This document shows positions 1 through 10,853 of a DNA stretch of 64,000 bases, one piece after another; position 1 is the stretch's first letter; each line of letters begins with the position of its first letter. The stretch is from the NCBI GenBank assembly GCA_963765575.1, contig CAVXWZ010000011.1, forward strand, positions 384,001 through 448,000. The letters run 5' to 3'. The notes below the pieces were generated by a model. The model was not told the origin of the DNA. It did no database searches and was given only the letters and a program-made list of their open reading frames with translations. A program made the translations under genes and the position numbers. Source of the DNA: an uncultured cyanobacterium (GTDB lineage: Bacteria; Cyanobacteriota; Cyanobacteriia; PCC-6307; Cyanobiaceae).

Positions 1-219
1 GCCTGAGCAAGCGCGAGGGGGCCGAGGGGCTGGACCGATGGCGCCAGCGGCGGCCTCGATGCGGCGGCGGTGATCGGGCTGCTGGCGGCCAGCGCCGGCC
101 TGGTGCCGGTGGGCTCGCGGCTCAGTGCCCGCGAGCTGTTGGAGGAGCTGACAGCCGAGCGTTTCGCCGAGGCCCTGCGGGGCGAAGTCTTCACAAAGGC
201 TTCGGGATCACGGGGCTGA
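1..219 (+). CDS. gluQ: 3' end of glutamyl-Q tRNA(Asp) synthetase-like protein (partial, one frameshift near 51)
   Basis: Manual translation gives LSKREGAEGL (KMSKS-like motif), then after a frame change GLDAAAVIGLLAASAGLVP...LSARELL, stop TGA 217-219. Confidence 0.6.
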
Positions 220-267
220 CGCCGTTCGAGAGTGGTCTGATCCCGGCTGCCGCTGGATCTCCAAACA

Positions 268-525
268 ATGCTCCCCCCTCAGCCCGCCACACATCAGCAG
301 TCCGCCGATCTCGCCGCCTGGCTGCCGGAGGATCAAGCCTGTCCGCGCTGTGGCGGCAGTGGCGTGCAGCGCCTTGATGGCCAGCGCTTGCGCACCTGTC
401 TGCCCTGCCTGGGCCAGGGTCGGATCACGCGCCTGCAGCCGGCCACCACCACGGCGGCCCTGTTCCGGCCAGATGTCCCGGACAGCCCGCCGCTCAGCGC
501 CCCAGCTTCTTCTGCTTCCAGATGA
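268..525 (+). CDS. Small DnaJ-type zinc-finger protein
   Basis: Two CxxCxGxG motifs (CPRCGGSG, CLPCLGQG). Confidence 0.6.
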   Translation: MLPPQPATHQQSADLAAWLPEDQACPRCGGSGVQRLDGQRLRTCLPCLGQGRITRLQPATTTAALFRPDVPDSPPLSAPASSASR

Positions 526-607
526 AGAACGCCGCGGTGCCCACCACGGCCAGCAGCGGCACGGCGGTGAGCAGGAGCAGGATCACGGCGGTCCAGTCGG
601 TGTACAT
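494..607 (-). CDS. 37-aa single-TM small membrane protein
   Basis: MYTDWTAVILLLLTAVPLLAVVGTAAFFIWKQKKLGR: hydrophobic helix plus basic tail, ATG at 607. Confidence 0.6.
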   Translation of the reverse strand: MYTDWTAVILLLLTAVPLLAVVGTAAFFIWKQKKLGR

Positions 608-701
608 CGCGGTGACATCCAGGCAGGCGCCATCATCCCAGCCGATCGGCCCAACCCGCTGACGGGTGGGCTGACACTCCCGTCCGCCGCAAGCGCCTGC
701 C

Positions 702-3581
702 ATGACCGATCCGCAGGGCTGCCGCCAGCGGCCGGACGAGGGATGGGGCAGCGACCCCACCCACGACATCCTGCGCAGCCGGCGGCAACCGCTGCGGGCC
801 CTGTTCCAGCCGGGCTGCGTGGCCGTGATCGGCGCCAGCGAGCGACCCGGCAGCGTGGGCCGCACCCTGCTCTGGAACCTGATCCGCTCGCCCTTCGGCG
901 GCACCGTGTACCCGGTCAACCCCCGGCGCCACAGCGTGCTCGGGGTGCGCTGCTGCGCCACCGTGGCGGCGGTGCCCGAGCCGGTGGACCTGGCCCTGAT
1001 CGCCACCCCGGCGGCCAGCGTGCCGGCGCGGCTGGCGGAGTGCGCGGCGGCCGGGGTGAAGGCCGCGATCGTGATCTCCGCCGGCTTCCGGGAGGTGGGG
1101 CCCGCGGGGCTGGCGCTGGAACAGCAGCTGCGGGCCATCCTGCGCGGCTCCGGCATGCGCCTGCTCGGCCCCAACTGCCTGGGCCTGATGAACCCGCGCC
1201 TGGGCCTCAACGCCAGCTTCGCCTCCACCCTGGCGGCCCCGGGGCACGTGGGCTTCCTCAGCCAGTCGGGGGCGGTGGGCACGGCGGTGCTCGACTGGAG
1301 CCACCAGCAGGGGGTGGGCTTCAGCGCCTTCGTGTCGATCGGCTCGATGCTCGACGTGGGCTGGGGGGATCTGATCACCGTTCTGGGCGACGATCCCGCC
1401 ACCCGCAGCATCGTGCTCTACATGGAGGCGATCGGTGACGCCCGCGCCTTCCTCTCGGCAGCGCGGGAGGTGGCGCTCACCAAGCCGATCGTGCTGATCA
1501 AGGGCGGCCGCAGTGCCGAGGCGGCGCGGGCCGCGGCCTCCCACACCGGTGCCCTGACCGGCAGCGATGCGGTGCTGGAGGCGGCGCTGCGGCGCTGCGG
1601 CGTGCTGCGGGTGGACCGGCTCTCGGATCTGTTCGATCTGGCCGACGTGCTTGCCAAGCAGCCGCGCCGTCCCAGCGGTCCGCGCCTGGCGATCGTGACC
1701 AACGCCGGCGGTCCCGGGGTGCTCGCCACCGATGCCCTGGTGCTCACCGGCGGCCAGCTGGCCGAGCTCAGCCCCGCCAGCCTGGCCGCCCTCGATGCCG
1801 TGCTGCCGCCCCACTGGAGCCATGCCAACCCGATCGACATCCAGGGCGACGCCGATCCGGAGCGCTACGCCCGCAGCATCGAGATCGCCCTGGCCGATCC
1901 CGGCAGCGACGGCCTGCTGGTGATCCTCACCCCCCAGGCGATGACCGATCCCACCACCACCGCCCAGCGGCTGCGCGAGCTGGCGGCGTGCAGCCGCAAG
2001 CCACTGCTGGCCAGCTGGATGGGTGGCGACGAGGTGGCCGGCGGCGTGGCGATCCTCAACGCCGCCGGGATCGCCACCAACCCCTTCCCCGATGCCGCCG
2101 CCCGGCTGTTCAACGCCCTCTGGCGCTTCAGCTACAACCTGCGCGGCATCCACGAGACCCCCACCCTGCTGCCGGACAACGACGACGATGGCGGTGGCGA
2201 CGACGACCGTGGCGATGGTCGCCGGGTGCTGGAGCGGGTCCAGGCCGAGGGCCGGGAACTGCTCAGCGAGCTGGAGGCCAAGCAGGTGCTGGCCAGCTAT
2301 GGCATCCCGGTGGTGGAGACGCGCCTGGCCGCCAGCGCCGCCGCGGCCCGCCAGGCGGCCGCGGCCATGGGCTACCCGGTGGTGCTGAAGCTCAACAGCC
2401 CCACGATCACCCACAAGCGTGAGGTGGGCGGGGTGTGGCTGGATCTGGCCAGCGCCGAGGCGGTGGAGCGGGCTTTCACCACCATGGCCGAGGCGATTCC
2501 GGCGCGCTTCGGGCCCCAGGCCTTCGCCGGGGTGACGGTGCAGCCGATGCTGCGGCGGGAGGGGGGCCTGGAGCTGATCGTGGGCAGCAGCATCGATGCC
2601 CAGTTCGGGCCGGTGATCCTGTTCGGCAGCGGCGGCACCCTGGTGGAGGTCTACCGCGACAGCGCCGTAGGGCTGCCGCCCCTGAACACCACCCTGGCGC
2701 GGCGGCTGATGGAGCAAACCCGCATCTACGGCGCGCTGCAGGGGGTGCGGGGCGGCCCCCCCGCCGACCTGGAGGAGCTGGAGCGGCTGCTGGTGCGGCT
2801 CAGCCAGCTGGTGCTGGAGCAGCCCGCCATCCTCGAGATCGACATCAATCCGCTGCTGGTGCGGCCGGGCGATCGGCGCCGGCCCCTGGTGGCCCTCGAT
2901 GCCCGCATCCTCATCCAGCCGGTGGCCGGGGCCAGCTGCCACCTGCCGCGGCCGGCGATCCGGCCCTACCCCAGCCAGTACGTCCATCCCTGGCGGCTGC
3001 GGGACGGCACGGCGGTGACGATCCGGCCGATCCGTCCCGAGGACGAGCCCCTGCTGGTGGCCTTCCACCGCAGCCTCTCGCAGGAGAGCGTGTACACCCG
3101 CTATCTGCACATGACCTCGCTCGGCCACCGCATCGCCCACGAGCGGTTGGTGCGCATCTGCTTCACCGACTACGAGCGCGAGCTGGCCCTGGTGGTGGAC
3201 CGCCGCGATCCGACCAGCGGCGAGCACCGCATCCTGGCGGTGGGGCGCCTCAGCCGGCTGCACGAGCGCAACGACGCCGAGTTCTCGATGCTGATCAGCG
3301 ACGCCGAGCAGCACCAGGGTCTGGGCAGCGCCCTGCTCGCTCAGCTGCTGCGGGTGGGCCGCGACGAGGGCATTGATCAGGTGCGGGCGGAGATCCTGCG
3401 GGAGAACGGGGCGATGCAGCGGGTGTGCCGCAAGCTCGGTTTCCAGCTGCGTGCCGGCGAGGATGTGATGGAGGCCTGGATCGATCTGGCCACGGCGGTG
3501 CTGCCCGGTGATCAGGCCGCCAGCGATCAGGCCGCCAGCAATGCCTCCACGTGGGCGGCGGCGCCCCCCGCCAGCCCCTGA
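702..3581 (+). CDS. Acetate--CoA ligase (NDP-forming) family / GNAT acetyltransferase fusion (Pat/PatZ-like)
   Basis: CoA-binding domain (VAVIGAS, GPNCLG, SQSG), ASHTG, TNAGGPG, ATP-grasp region ([16 protein letters not shown]), C-terminal GNAT (IRPIRPEDE...QGLGSALL). Confidence 0.9.
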   Translation: MTDPQGCRQRPDEGWGSDPTHDILRSRRQPLRALFQPGCVAVIGASERPGSVGRTLLWNLIRSPFGGTVYPVNPRRHSVLGVRCCATVAAVPEPVDLALIATPAASVPARLAECAAAGVKAAIVISAGFREVGPAGLALEQQLRAILRGSGMRLLGPNCLGLMNPRLGLNASFASTLAAPGHVGFLSQSGAVGTAVLDWSHQQGVGFSAFVSIGSMLDVGWGDLITVLGDDPATRSIVLYMEAIGDARAFLSAAREVALTKPIVLIKGGRSAEAARAAASHTGALTGSDAVLEAALRRCGVLRVDRLSDLFDLADVLAKQPRRPSGPRLAIVTNAGGPGVLATDALVLTGGQLAELSPASLAALDAVLPPHWSHANPIDIQGDADPERYARSIEIALADPGSDGLLVILTPQAMTDPTTTAQRLRELAACSRKPLLASWMGGDEVAGGVAILNAAGIATNPFPDAAARLFNALWRFSYNLRGIHETPTLLPDNDDDGGGDDDRGDGRRVLERVQAEGRELLSELEAKQVLASYGIPVVETRLAASAAAARQAAAAMGYPVVLKLNSPTITHKREVGGVWLDLASAEAVERAFTTMAEAIPARFGPQAFAGVTVQPMLRREGGLELIVGSSIDAQFGPVILFGSGGTLVEVYRDSAVGLPPLNTTLARRLMEQTRIYGALQGVRGGPPADLEELERLLVRLSQLVLEQPAILEIDINPLLVRPGDRRRPLVALDARILIQPVAGASCHLPRPAIRPYPSQYVHPWRLRDGTAVTIRPIRPEDEPLLVAFHRSLSQESVYTRYLHMTSLGHRIAHERLVRICFTDYERELALVVDRRDPTSGEHRILAVGRLSRLHERNDAEFSMLISDAEQHQGLGSALLAQLLRVGRDEGIDQVRAEILRENGAMQRVCRKLGFQLRAGEDVMEAWIDLATAVLPGDQAASDQAASNASTWAAAPPASP

Positions 3582-4471
3582 AGTCCGTAGCCCCCCTCCA
3601 GCACCGACACCAGCCGGCCGCCGGCGTGGTCGCCGGCGATGGCCAGGCAGAGCTGGGTGAGGGCGGTGTAGTCGGCGTCCTCGAGCAGGAAGGTGCCCAG
3701 GGGATCGTCGCGGTGGCCATCGAAGCCGGCCGACACCAGCACCAGCTGGGGCCGGAAGCGCCGGGCCACGGGCGCCAGGGCGGCCTCCAGGGCGCTGAGC
3801 ACGGCCCGGCCGTCGCTGTAGGTGGGCAGGGGACAGTTGAGGGTGAAGCCCAGCCCCGGCCCCTCACCCCGCTCCCCGGCGCTGCCGCTGCCGGGGTAGC
3901 TGCCCCCCTCGTGCACGCTGGCGTAGAGCACGCTGGGATCACTCCAGAAGATGGCCTGGGTGCCGTTGCCGTGGTGCAGGTCCCAGTCGACGATCAGCAC
4001 CCGCTCCAGGCCGTGCACCGCCTGGGCATGGCGGGCCGCCAGGGCCACGTTGTTGAACAGGCAGAAGCCCATGCCGCGGTCGGCCTCGGCGTGGTGGCCG
4101 GGGGGGCGCACCACGGCGAAGGCGTTCTGCAGCCGGCCCGCCAGCACCGCATCCACCGCCGCCAGGGTGCCGCCGGCGGCCAGCCGGGCCACATCTTCTG
4201 AGTGCTCGCCGATGGGGGTGTCGCCGGTGGAGAGCTGGGCGGCTCCGTAGGCCACCTCGCGGCGCACCGTGTGCAGATAGCGGGCGGTGTGGCAGCGGCG
4301 CAGCTCCCGGTCCACCGCCGGCCGGGCTGCGATCAGCCGGCAGCGTTGCAGCAGGCCGCGGCGTTGCAGCTCCGCCTCGATCGCCTGCAGCCGCCGCGGG
4401 CTCTCGGGATGGCCCAGCCCGGTCTCGTGCAGGCGGAAGGCCGGATCGATCACCAGGCCGGTGGCACCCAT
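3527..4471 (-). CDS. Zn-dependent histone deacetylase-family (AcuC-like) deacylase
   Basis: [44 protein letters not shown] motifs. Confidence 0.92.
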   Translation of the reverse strand: MGATGLVIDPAFRLHETGLGHPESPRRLQAIEAELQRRGLLQRCRLIAARPAVDRELRRCHTARYLHTVRREVAYGAAQLSTGDTPIGEHSEDVARLAAGGTLAAVDAVLAGRLQNAFAVVRPPGHHAEADRGMGFCLFNNVALAARHAQAVHGLERVLIVDWDLHHGNGTQAIFWSDPSVLYASVHEGGSYPGSGSAGERGEGPGLGFTLNCPLPTYSDGRAVLSALEAALAPVARRFRPQLVLVSAGFDGHRDDPLGTFLLEDADYTALTQLCLAIAGDHAGGRLVSVLEGGYGLQGLAGGAAAHVEALLAA

Positions 4472-4571
4472 CGCTGACGACTCCCAGGCCACACTTCCAC
4501 CACAATCGCTGACACGCCCGCCGGGACTGGCTAGCCAGAAGGTGTGATTGCCGCGCCCAGCGCGTCAGACC

Positions 4572-5198
4572 ATGATCGCGCCAGCCACCGCGCAGCCCCA
4601 GCCACCACCGGCCCCCACGCCCCGGGCCCCCTCGCCACGGGTCCCCTCGCCACCGGCGCGCTCCTCCGGGCTGGCCACCCAGGCCGACCTGCCGCCCCAG
4701 GCGGTGGAGCGCACCACACGGCTGATTCGCCAGCACCGCGGCCGCGCCGATGCCCTGATCGAGGTGCTGCACCAGGTGCAGGAGCTCTACGGCTACCTGC
4801 CGCCGGGGGCCCTGGCCCAGGTGGCGCGGGAGCTGAAGCTGCCCCTGGCCCGGGTGCACGGGGTGGCCAGCTTCTATCACCTGTTTCGGCTGGACGCCCC
4901 CACCGCCCACCGCTGCGCGGTGTGCCTGGGCACGGCCTGCTTCGTGAAGGGGGGCGGGGATCTGGCCGCCCGCATCGAGCAGCGCCTGGGCCTGCGGCTC
5001 GATGATCCCGCCGGCAACGGCACCTGGGCCCTGGAGCACGTGAGCTGCCTGGGGGCCTGCGGCCAGGCGCCGGTGGTGGTGGTGGACGGCCGGCTGGAAC
5101 CGCGGCTGCCGATGGACGATCCAGCCGCCCTGGACATCCGCCTGGCCGCCCTGGGCCTCACCGCCACGGCGGCCCCTGAACCCGGCGGAGTGAGCTGA
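4572..5198 (+). CDS. hoxE: Bidirectional hydrogenase diaphorase subunit HoxE
   Basis: NuoE-like: [23 protein letters not shown]; first gene of the hox run. Start uncertain (4548 or 4572). Confidence 0.9.
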   Translation: MIAPATAQPQPPPAPTPRAPSPRVPSPPARSSGLATQADLPPQAVERTTRLIRQHRGRADALIEVLHQVQELYGYLPPGALAQVARELKLPLARVHGVASFYHLFRLDAPTAHRCAVCLGTACFVKGGGDLAARIEQRLGLRLDDPAGNGTWALEHVSCLGACGQAPVVVVDGRLEPRLPMDDPAALDIRLAALGLTATAAPEPGGVS

Positions 5199-6830
5199 TG
5201 GCTTTCCCAGCCCCATTGCAACTGCGCTGCTGCGCCGCCAGCGGCTGCCGCTCCGCCGGCGCCGAGGCCCTGCAGGCGGCGCTGCTGGCCGCCCGCGACG
5301 AGCTCGGCGGCGCCGCCGAGGCGGTGACGATCAAGCCGGTGGGCTGCCTGCGGCTGTGTGGCCGCGGCCCGCTGGTGGCCCTCGACCGCTCCGAGGGGCA
5401 GGCCCCCGAGCTCTATGCCGAGCTCACCCCCGAGCAGGCCCCCGCCCTGCTGGCCGCGGCCACCGGCATGGCCGACAAGCTGGCCGCGCAGCGCCTCGAT
5501 CCCGGCCATCCCTTCTTCGCCCTGCAGAAGGCGGTGGTGCTGGAGGGCTGCGGGGTGGTGAATCCCGAGTCGATCGACGACGCCCTGGCCCACGGCAGCT
5601 ACGCCCAGCTGCGGCGGGTGCTGCTGGAGTGCAGCCCCGAGCAGGTGCGCGAGCAGGTGAAGCGCAGCGGCCTGCGCGGCCGCGGCGGTGCCGGCTATCC
5701 CACGGGCCTGAAGTGGGACACGGTGGCCCTGCAGCCGCCCGGGCCCCGCACCCTGGTGTGCAACGCCGACGAGGGCGACCCCGGCGCCTTCATGGACCGC
5801 AGCGTGCTGGAGAGCGACCCCCACCGGCTGATCGAGGGCATGGCGATCGCCGCCTACGCCGTCGGCGCCGAACAGGGCTACGTGTATGTGCGGGCCGAAT
5901 ATCCGCTGGCGATCGAGCGCCTGCGCCTGGCCCTGCGGCAGGCCCGCACCAAGGGGCTGCTGGGGGCCCGCATCGCCGGCAGCAGCTTCAACCTGCGCCT
6001 GGAGGTGCGGGTGGGGGCCGGCGCCTATGTGTGTGGTGAGGAAACGGCGCTGCTGGCCTCGATCCAGGGGGGGCGCGGCACGCCCCGGCCGCGGCCGCCG
6101 TTCCCCGCCCAGGTGGGCCTGTGGGGCGCCCCCACCCTGATCAACAACGTGGAGACGCTGGCCTCGATCCCGGTGATCCTGCGCGAGGGCGGCGACTGGT
6201 ATGCCGCCATCGGCACCGAGGGCAGCAAGGGCACCAAGGTGTTCGCCCTTTCCGGGGCGGTGGCCCACACCGGCCTGGTGGAGGTGCCGATGGGCACCAG
6301 CCTGCGCACGGTGGTGCAGACCATCGGCGGCGGCGTGCCCGGCGCCGATGGGCCCGATGGCGGCGTCAAGGCGGTGCAGACCGGCGGCCCCTCCGGGCGG
6401 CTGCATCCCCGCCCATCTGCTCGACACGCCGGTGGACTACGAGAGCCTGCAGGCCCTGGGCTCGATGATGGGTTCGGGCGGTCTGGTGGTGATGGGCGAG
6501 ACCACCTCGATGCCGGAGGTGGCCCGCCACTTCATGCGCTTCAGCGTCAACGAGAGCTGCGGCAAGTGCGTGCCCTGCCGCGCCGGCACCGTGCAGCTGG
6601 CCCTGCTGCTCGACCGCTTCGTGGAGCGGCGGGCAACGCTGGCCGACCTCGGGCGGCTGGAGGAGCTCTGCCGCATGGTGGGCGCCACCAGCCTCTGCGG
6701 CCTGGGCCAGGCGGCCCCCAACCCGGTGCTCAGCACCCTGCGCTACTTCCGGCAGGAGTACCAGGCGGCCTGCCGGGAGCCCGGCGACTGCGAACCCCTC
6801 GATGCCTGCCTGCTGCAGGAGGTGACCTGA
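5198..6830 (+). CDS. hoxF: HoxF diaphorase large subunit (one extra G at ~6395-6397)
   Basis: [31 protein letters not shown]-terminal part ([20 protein letters not shown]) continues in the 6201..6830 frame. Confidence 0.92.
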
Positions 6831-7549
6831 TGAGCGTGCTCACCCTCACGGTGGATGGTGTGGAGGTGGCCGTGCCCGCAGGCGCCTCGCTGCTCGATGC
6901 GGTGCGGGCCGCCGGCGTCGAGCTGCCCACCCTCTGCCATCTCGATGGCCTCAGCCCGGTGGGCGCCTGCCGGCTCTGCCTGGTGGAGCTGGAGGGCAGC
7001 GGCAAGCTGCAGGCCGCCTGCGCCACCGCCGCCGGTGAGGGCGTGGCCGTGCTCACCCAGACGCCCCAGCTGCAGAGCTACCGGCGCATGGCGGTGGAGC
7101 TGTTCTTCGCCGAGGGCAACCACGTGTGCGCCTTCTGCGTGGCCAACGGCAACTGCGAACTGCAGGACGTGGCGGTGGCGGTGGGCATGGATCACTCCCG
7201 CTTCCCTTACCAGTACCCGCAGCGCCGGGTGGACGCCTCCCACGAACGCTTCGCGATCGACCACAACCGCTGCATCCTCTGCACCCGTTGCGTGCGCGTG
7301 TGCGATGAGATTGAGGGCGCCCACGTGTGGGATGTGGCCAGCCGCGGCGCTGACTGCGCGATCATCGCCGGCCTCGACCAGCCCTGGGGCGAGGTGCAGG
7401 CCTGCACCTCCTGCGGCAAGTGCGTGGACGTGTGCCCCACCGGCGCCATCTTCAGCAAGGACGACACCACCGCCGAGAAGGAGGCGCAGCGGGAGCGGCC
7501 CCAGCTGCTGCGCAGCGCCCGCGAACAGAAGCAATGGCTGAACCAATGA
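6830..7549 (+). CDS. hoxU: HoxU Fe-S subunit
   Basis: ATG overlaps the hoxF stop; [37 protein letters not shown]. Confidence 0.93.
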   Translation: MSVLTLTVDGVEVAVPAGASLLDAVRAAGVELPTLCHLDGLSPVGACRLCLVELEGSGKLQAACATAAGEGVAVLTQTPQLQSYRRMAVELFFAEGNHVCAFCVANGNCELQDVAVAVGMDHSRFPYQYPQRRVDASHERFAIDHNRCILCTRCVRVCDEIEGAHVWDVASRGADCAIIAGLDQPWGEVQACTSCGKCVDVCPTGAIFSKDDTTAEKEAQRERPQLLRSAREQKQWLNQ

Positions 7550-7562
7550 TCTGGAGCCCACG

Positions 7563-8138
7563 ATGAGCACCTCCTCCCCCAAATTGCGCTTCGCCACCGT
7601 GTGGCTGGCCGGCTGCAGCGGCTGCCACATGTCGTTTCTGGATCTCGACGAATGGCTGTTCGAGCTCGCCGAGCACGTGGACATCGTGTTCTCGCCGGTG
7701 GCCAGCGACATCAAGACCTACCCCGAGCAGGTGGACGTGTGCCTGGTGGAGGGGGCGGTGGCCAATGCCGACAACCTCGAGCTGGCCCTGCAGCTGCGCC
7801 AGCGCACCAAGCTGGTGGTGTCCTTCGGTGACTGCGCCGTGACCGGCAACGTGCCGGCCCTGCGCAACCTCTGGAGCGACGGCGACCAGGCCAGCCGCCA
7901 GGCGGTGCTGGAGCGCAGCTACGTGGAGCTGGCCGACACCGGCGCCCAGCACCCCCATGCGCCGGGCATTGTGCCGGAGCTGCTGGAGCGGGTGCGGCCG
8001 TTGCATGAGGTGATCCCGGTGGATCTCTATCTGCCCGGCTGCCCGCCGTCGGCGGAGCGCATCCGCGCCGCCATCGAACCCCTGCTCAGGGGCGAGACCC
8101 CGGTGCTGGAAGGCACGGCGATGTTGAAATTCGGCTGA
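7563..8138 (+). CDS. hoxY: HoxY [NiFe]-hydrogenase small subunit
   Basis: [22 protein letters not shown]. Confidence 0.95.
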   Translation: MSTSSPKLRFATVWLAGCSGCHMSFLDLDEWLFELAEHVDIVFSPVASDIKTYPEQVDVCLVEGAVANADNLELALQLRQRTKLVVSFGDCAVTGNVPALRNLWSDGDQASRQAVLERSYVELADTGAQHPHAPGIVPELLERVRPLHEVIPVDLYLPGCPPSAERIRAAIEPLLRGETPVLEGTAMLKFG

Positions 8139-8145
8139 GGCCCCC

Positions 8146-9606
8146 ATGACCCGCACGATCACGATCGATCCCGTCACCCGCATCGAGGGTCACGCCAAGA
8201 TCACGCTCCACCTCGACGAGGCGGGGCGCCTGGCCGATGCCCGTTTCCACGTGGTGGAGTATCGCGGCTTCGAAACCTTCTGCGAGGGGCGGCCGTTCAC
8301 GGAGATGGCCGGCATCACCGCCCGCATCTGCGGCATCTGTCCGGTGAGCCACCTGTTGGCGGCGGCGAAGACGGGCGACAAGTTGCTGGCGGTGCAGCCG
8401 CCGGCGGCGGCGGTGAAGCTGCGGCGGCTGCTCAACCTGGCCCAGCTCTGCCAGAGCCATGCGCTGTCGTTCTTTCACCTCAGCAGCCCCGATTTCCTGC
8501 TGGGCTGGGAGAGCGATCCGGCTCGCCGCAATGTATTCGGCCTGATGGCCGCCGATCCCGATCTGGCCCGCGCCGGCATCCGCCTGCGCCAGTTTGGCCA
8601 GCAGGTGCTGGAGCTGCTGGGGGGTCGCAAGATTCACTCGGCCTGGGCGGTGCCCGGCGGCGTGCGCACGCCCCTGAGCGCCGAGGCCAGGGAGTGGATC
8701 CTGGAACGCCTGCCCGAGGCCAAGGCCACGGTGGCCACGGCGCTGAAGCTCTACAAAACCCTGCTGGATGGGCCGCTGCAGCGGGAGCAGAGCACCTTCG
8801 GTGACTTCCCCTCGCTGTTCATGGGCCTGGTGGGGCCGGGCGGGCGCTGGGAGTGCATCGACGGCCTGATCCGCTTCACCGACAGCGCCGGCACGGTGGT
8901 GGCCGATGGCCTCTCGGAAGACGACTACGCCAGCTACCTGGGCGAGGCGGTGGAGAGCTGGAGCTACCTGAAGTTTCCGTACTACAAGCCGCTGGGCTAT
9001 CCCGAGGGGATCTACCGGGTGGGGCCCCTGGCGCGGCTGAACGTGTGTGACGCGATCGGCACGCCCTGGGCCGATGCCGAGCTGGCTGAGTTTCGCCAGC
9101 GCAGCGGCACTGCTGAAAGCGGCGGCCGCATCGTGACCTCCTCGTTTGCCTTCCACCACGCCCGGCTGGTGGAGATCGTGGCCTGCCTGGAGGGCATCGA
9201 GCAGCTGGTGGTGGATGACAGCCTGATGAGCGGCCGCATCCGCGCCCGCGCCGACCTCAACGCCAACGAGGCGGTGGGCGTGAGCGAGGCGCCGCGCGGC
9301 ACCCTCTTTCACCACTACTGCGTGGATGACGACGGCCTGATCACCCGCGTGAACCTGATCATCGCCACCGGCCAGAACAACCTGGCCATGAACCGCACGG
9401 TGGCCCAGATCGCCCGCGAATTCATCACCGAGCCAGTAGCCGCTGGCGCCGAGATCCCCGAGCCCCTGCTCAACCGGGTGGAGGCGGGCATCCGCTGCTT
9501 TGATCCCTGCCTGAGCTGCAGCACCCACGCGGCGGGGCAGATGCCGCTGCACATCGAGCTGCGGGATGCTGGTGGGGAGTTGGTGGCGGAGAGGGTGAGG
9601 GATTGA
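8146..9606 (+). CDS. hoxH: HoxH [NiFe]-hydrogenase large subunit (group 3d)
   Basis: [16 protein letters not shown] and DPCLSCSTH Ni-binding motifs with C-terminal extension. Confidence 0.97.
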   Translation: MTRTITIDPVTRIEGHAKITLHLDEAGRLADARFHVVEYRGFETFCEGRPFTEMAGITARICGICPVSHLLAAAKTGDKLLAVQPPAAAVKLRRLLNLAQLCQSHALSFFHLSSPDFLLGWESDPARRNVFGLMAADPDLARAGIRLRQFGQQVLELLGGRKIHSAWAVPGGVRTPLSAEAREWILERLPEAKATVATALKLYKTLLDGPLQREQSTFGDFPSLFMGLVGPGGRWECIDGLIRFTDSAGTVVADGLSEDDYASYLGEAVESWSYLKFPYYKPLGYPEGIYRVGPLARLNVCDAIGTPWADAELAEFRQRSGTAESGGRIVTSSFAFHHARLVEIVACLEGIEQLVVDDSLMSGRIRARADLNANEAVGVSEAPRGTLFHHYCVDDDGLITRVNLIIATGQNNLAMNRTVAQIAREFITEPVAAGAEIPEPLLNRVEAGIRCFDPCLSCSTHAAGQMPLHIELRDAGGELVAERVRD

Positions 9607-9632
9607 GCGGTGGGGCTGAGGTGTTGATGTGG

Positions 9633-9802
9633 CCTGAACGGTCTTATAAGGGTCCGCCTAAACTGCCAAGGGTTTGATGCGCTTCTCTGAGACCCACTGC
9701 CATGACGGGTTTCCCTGGCGATAGATTCAAGAGTGAGGGGTTTTATGATGCTGGATCCAGGGGATCCGGATTTTATGCGGATCCGCCTAAGCAGCGTTAG
9801 CC
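9633..9802 (+). mobile_element. Long atypical attC-like site (170 bp)
   Basis: CCTGAAC...GTTAGCC ends; inner arms GGGTCCGCCTAAA (9650-9662) and TTTATGCGGATCC (9772-9784) pair with one mismatch and one G-T. Confidence 0.55.
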
Positions 9803-10039
9803 TTACGCAAAGTCCATGCGTCCGGCTGCCCTGAGTTCCGAGCCAGGAGATCAAATAGCCGCTGGAGATCATGTTCGTTTGATTTATTTTGCTTCATTCT
9901 ATTCTGCAAGATTCTGACATTATTAAATATTGTTGTTAGCTCAAAAGTCCCCGAAGATGCCGTATGTGAACCTAAACAAAGCAAGCGGTCGGCTTTGCTC
10001 TAAAGTTCTACTACCCGACGTAGTGCTTTACGCGATGAT

Positions 10040-10240
10040 ATGAAAGTGTCCGAGGTTCTCAAAGCGATCAAGGATGATGGCTGGTTTCAAGTGGCCCAGA
10101 GAGGCAGTCATCGTCAATTTAAGCATCCAAGCAAGCCAGGAAGGGTAACCATTGCTGGCAAGCCGTCCGATGAACTTGCAAGGGGCACTCAGATGAGTAT
10201 CCTGAAGCAAGCAGGTCTCCGAGGTTCAGAACAGCCATGA
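10040..10240 (+). CDS. hicA: HicA mRNA interferase toxin (cassette 1)
   Basis: DGW...RGSHRQFKHP...GRVTI...ILKQAGL. Confidence 0.92.
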   Translation: MKVSEVLKAIKDDGWFQVAQRGSHRQFKHPSKPGRVTIAGKPSDELARGTQMSILKQAGLRGSEQP

Positions 10241-10449
10241 AGTACGCAGTAGTCATTGAGAAGGCTGGAGATAACTTTTCGGCCTACGTGCCAGACCTCC
10301 CAGGCTGTATCGTAACTGGCGATACTGCCTCTGAAGCCGAACAGCAGATACGCGAGGCAATTTCATTTCACTTGGACGGGTTACGGGAGGATGGCATGGA
10401 GATACCCGAGCCGTCTTGTGCCGTTGGTTATGTCGAACTTGCTGCATAA
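10237..10449 (+). CDS. hicB: HicB antitoxin, short form (cassette 1)
   Basis: YAVVIEK...SAYVPDLPGC...EAISFHL; ATGA overlap with hicA. Confidence 0.92.
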   Translation: MKYAVVIEKAGDNFSAYVPDLPGCIVTGDTASEAEQQIREAISFHLDGLREDGMEIPEPSCAVGYVELAA

Positions 10450-10464
10450 CCGAAATGAGGCGAA

Positions 10465-10549
10465 GGCTAACATCCAGATGCAGAAGACGGGAGCAAAATG
10501 CATTGATTATGCCCACACCTCTGCCCGCTTCTGATCTGGAGCGTTAGCC
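10465..10549 (+). mobile_element. Integron attC site (85 bp)
   Basis: R'' GGCTAAC, R' GTTAGCC; left arm TCCAGAT(G)CAGAAG(A)CGGG pairs with CCCGCTTCTGATCTGGA leaving two extrahelical bases. Confidence 0.9.
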
Positions 10550-10595
10550 GAATCTGTGAATGGCGGCGGGCTGAGCGGAGGAACAGGATGCGCTC

Positions 10596-10619
10596 TAGCA
10601 TGTGGGATATTGCTACAGT
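10596..10619 (+). promoter_or_regulatory. Putative cassette-internal promoter/operator
   Basis: Inverted repeat TAGCA-N10-TGCTA overlapping an extended -10-like TGCTACAGT, upstream of the GGAG RBS of hicB. Confidence 0.4.
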
Positions 10620-10640
10620 GTCTTCAAGTCGGAGCTAAAC

Positions 10641-10853
10641 ATGAATTTCACTTTGGAGTGCGAACAAGAAGTAGACGGTCGTTGGATTGCCGAGGTGCCG
10701 GAGCTACCTGGAGTCCTTGCATACGGGAGCTCTTCAACTGATGCAATGTCAAAGGCTGAAGTACTAGCCCTTCGTATTATCGCTGATCGGCTTGAAAATG
10801 GCGAGTCCGAGCCACTCAGCATCCGGTTTTCGCTCCACTCTCTGCATGAGTAA
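10641..10853 (+). CDS. hicB: HicB-family antitoxin (cassette 2)
   Basis: EQEVDGRWIAEVPELPGVLAYG; GGAG RBS before ATG 10641. Confidence 0.88.
   Translation: MNFTLECEQEVDGRWIAEVPELPGVLAYGSSSTDAMSKAEVLALRIIADRLENGESEPLSIRFSLHSLHE

Noticed and set aside
204..244. GGGATCA...TGATCCC inverted repeat as a riboswitch
   Set aside because: Short, overlaps the upstream gene end, and matches no RNA motif I recognise.
5198..7549. Apparent 783-aa HoxF-HoxU fusion
   Set aside because: One extra G at ~6396 (TCCGGGCGGCTGC versus S-G-G-C) shifts the frame; the normal HoxF C-terminus is intact in another frame and hoxU has its own ATG. Most likely an indel error.
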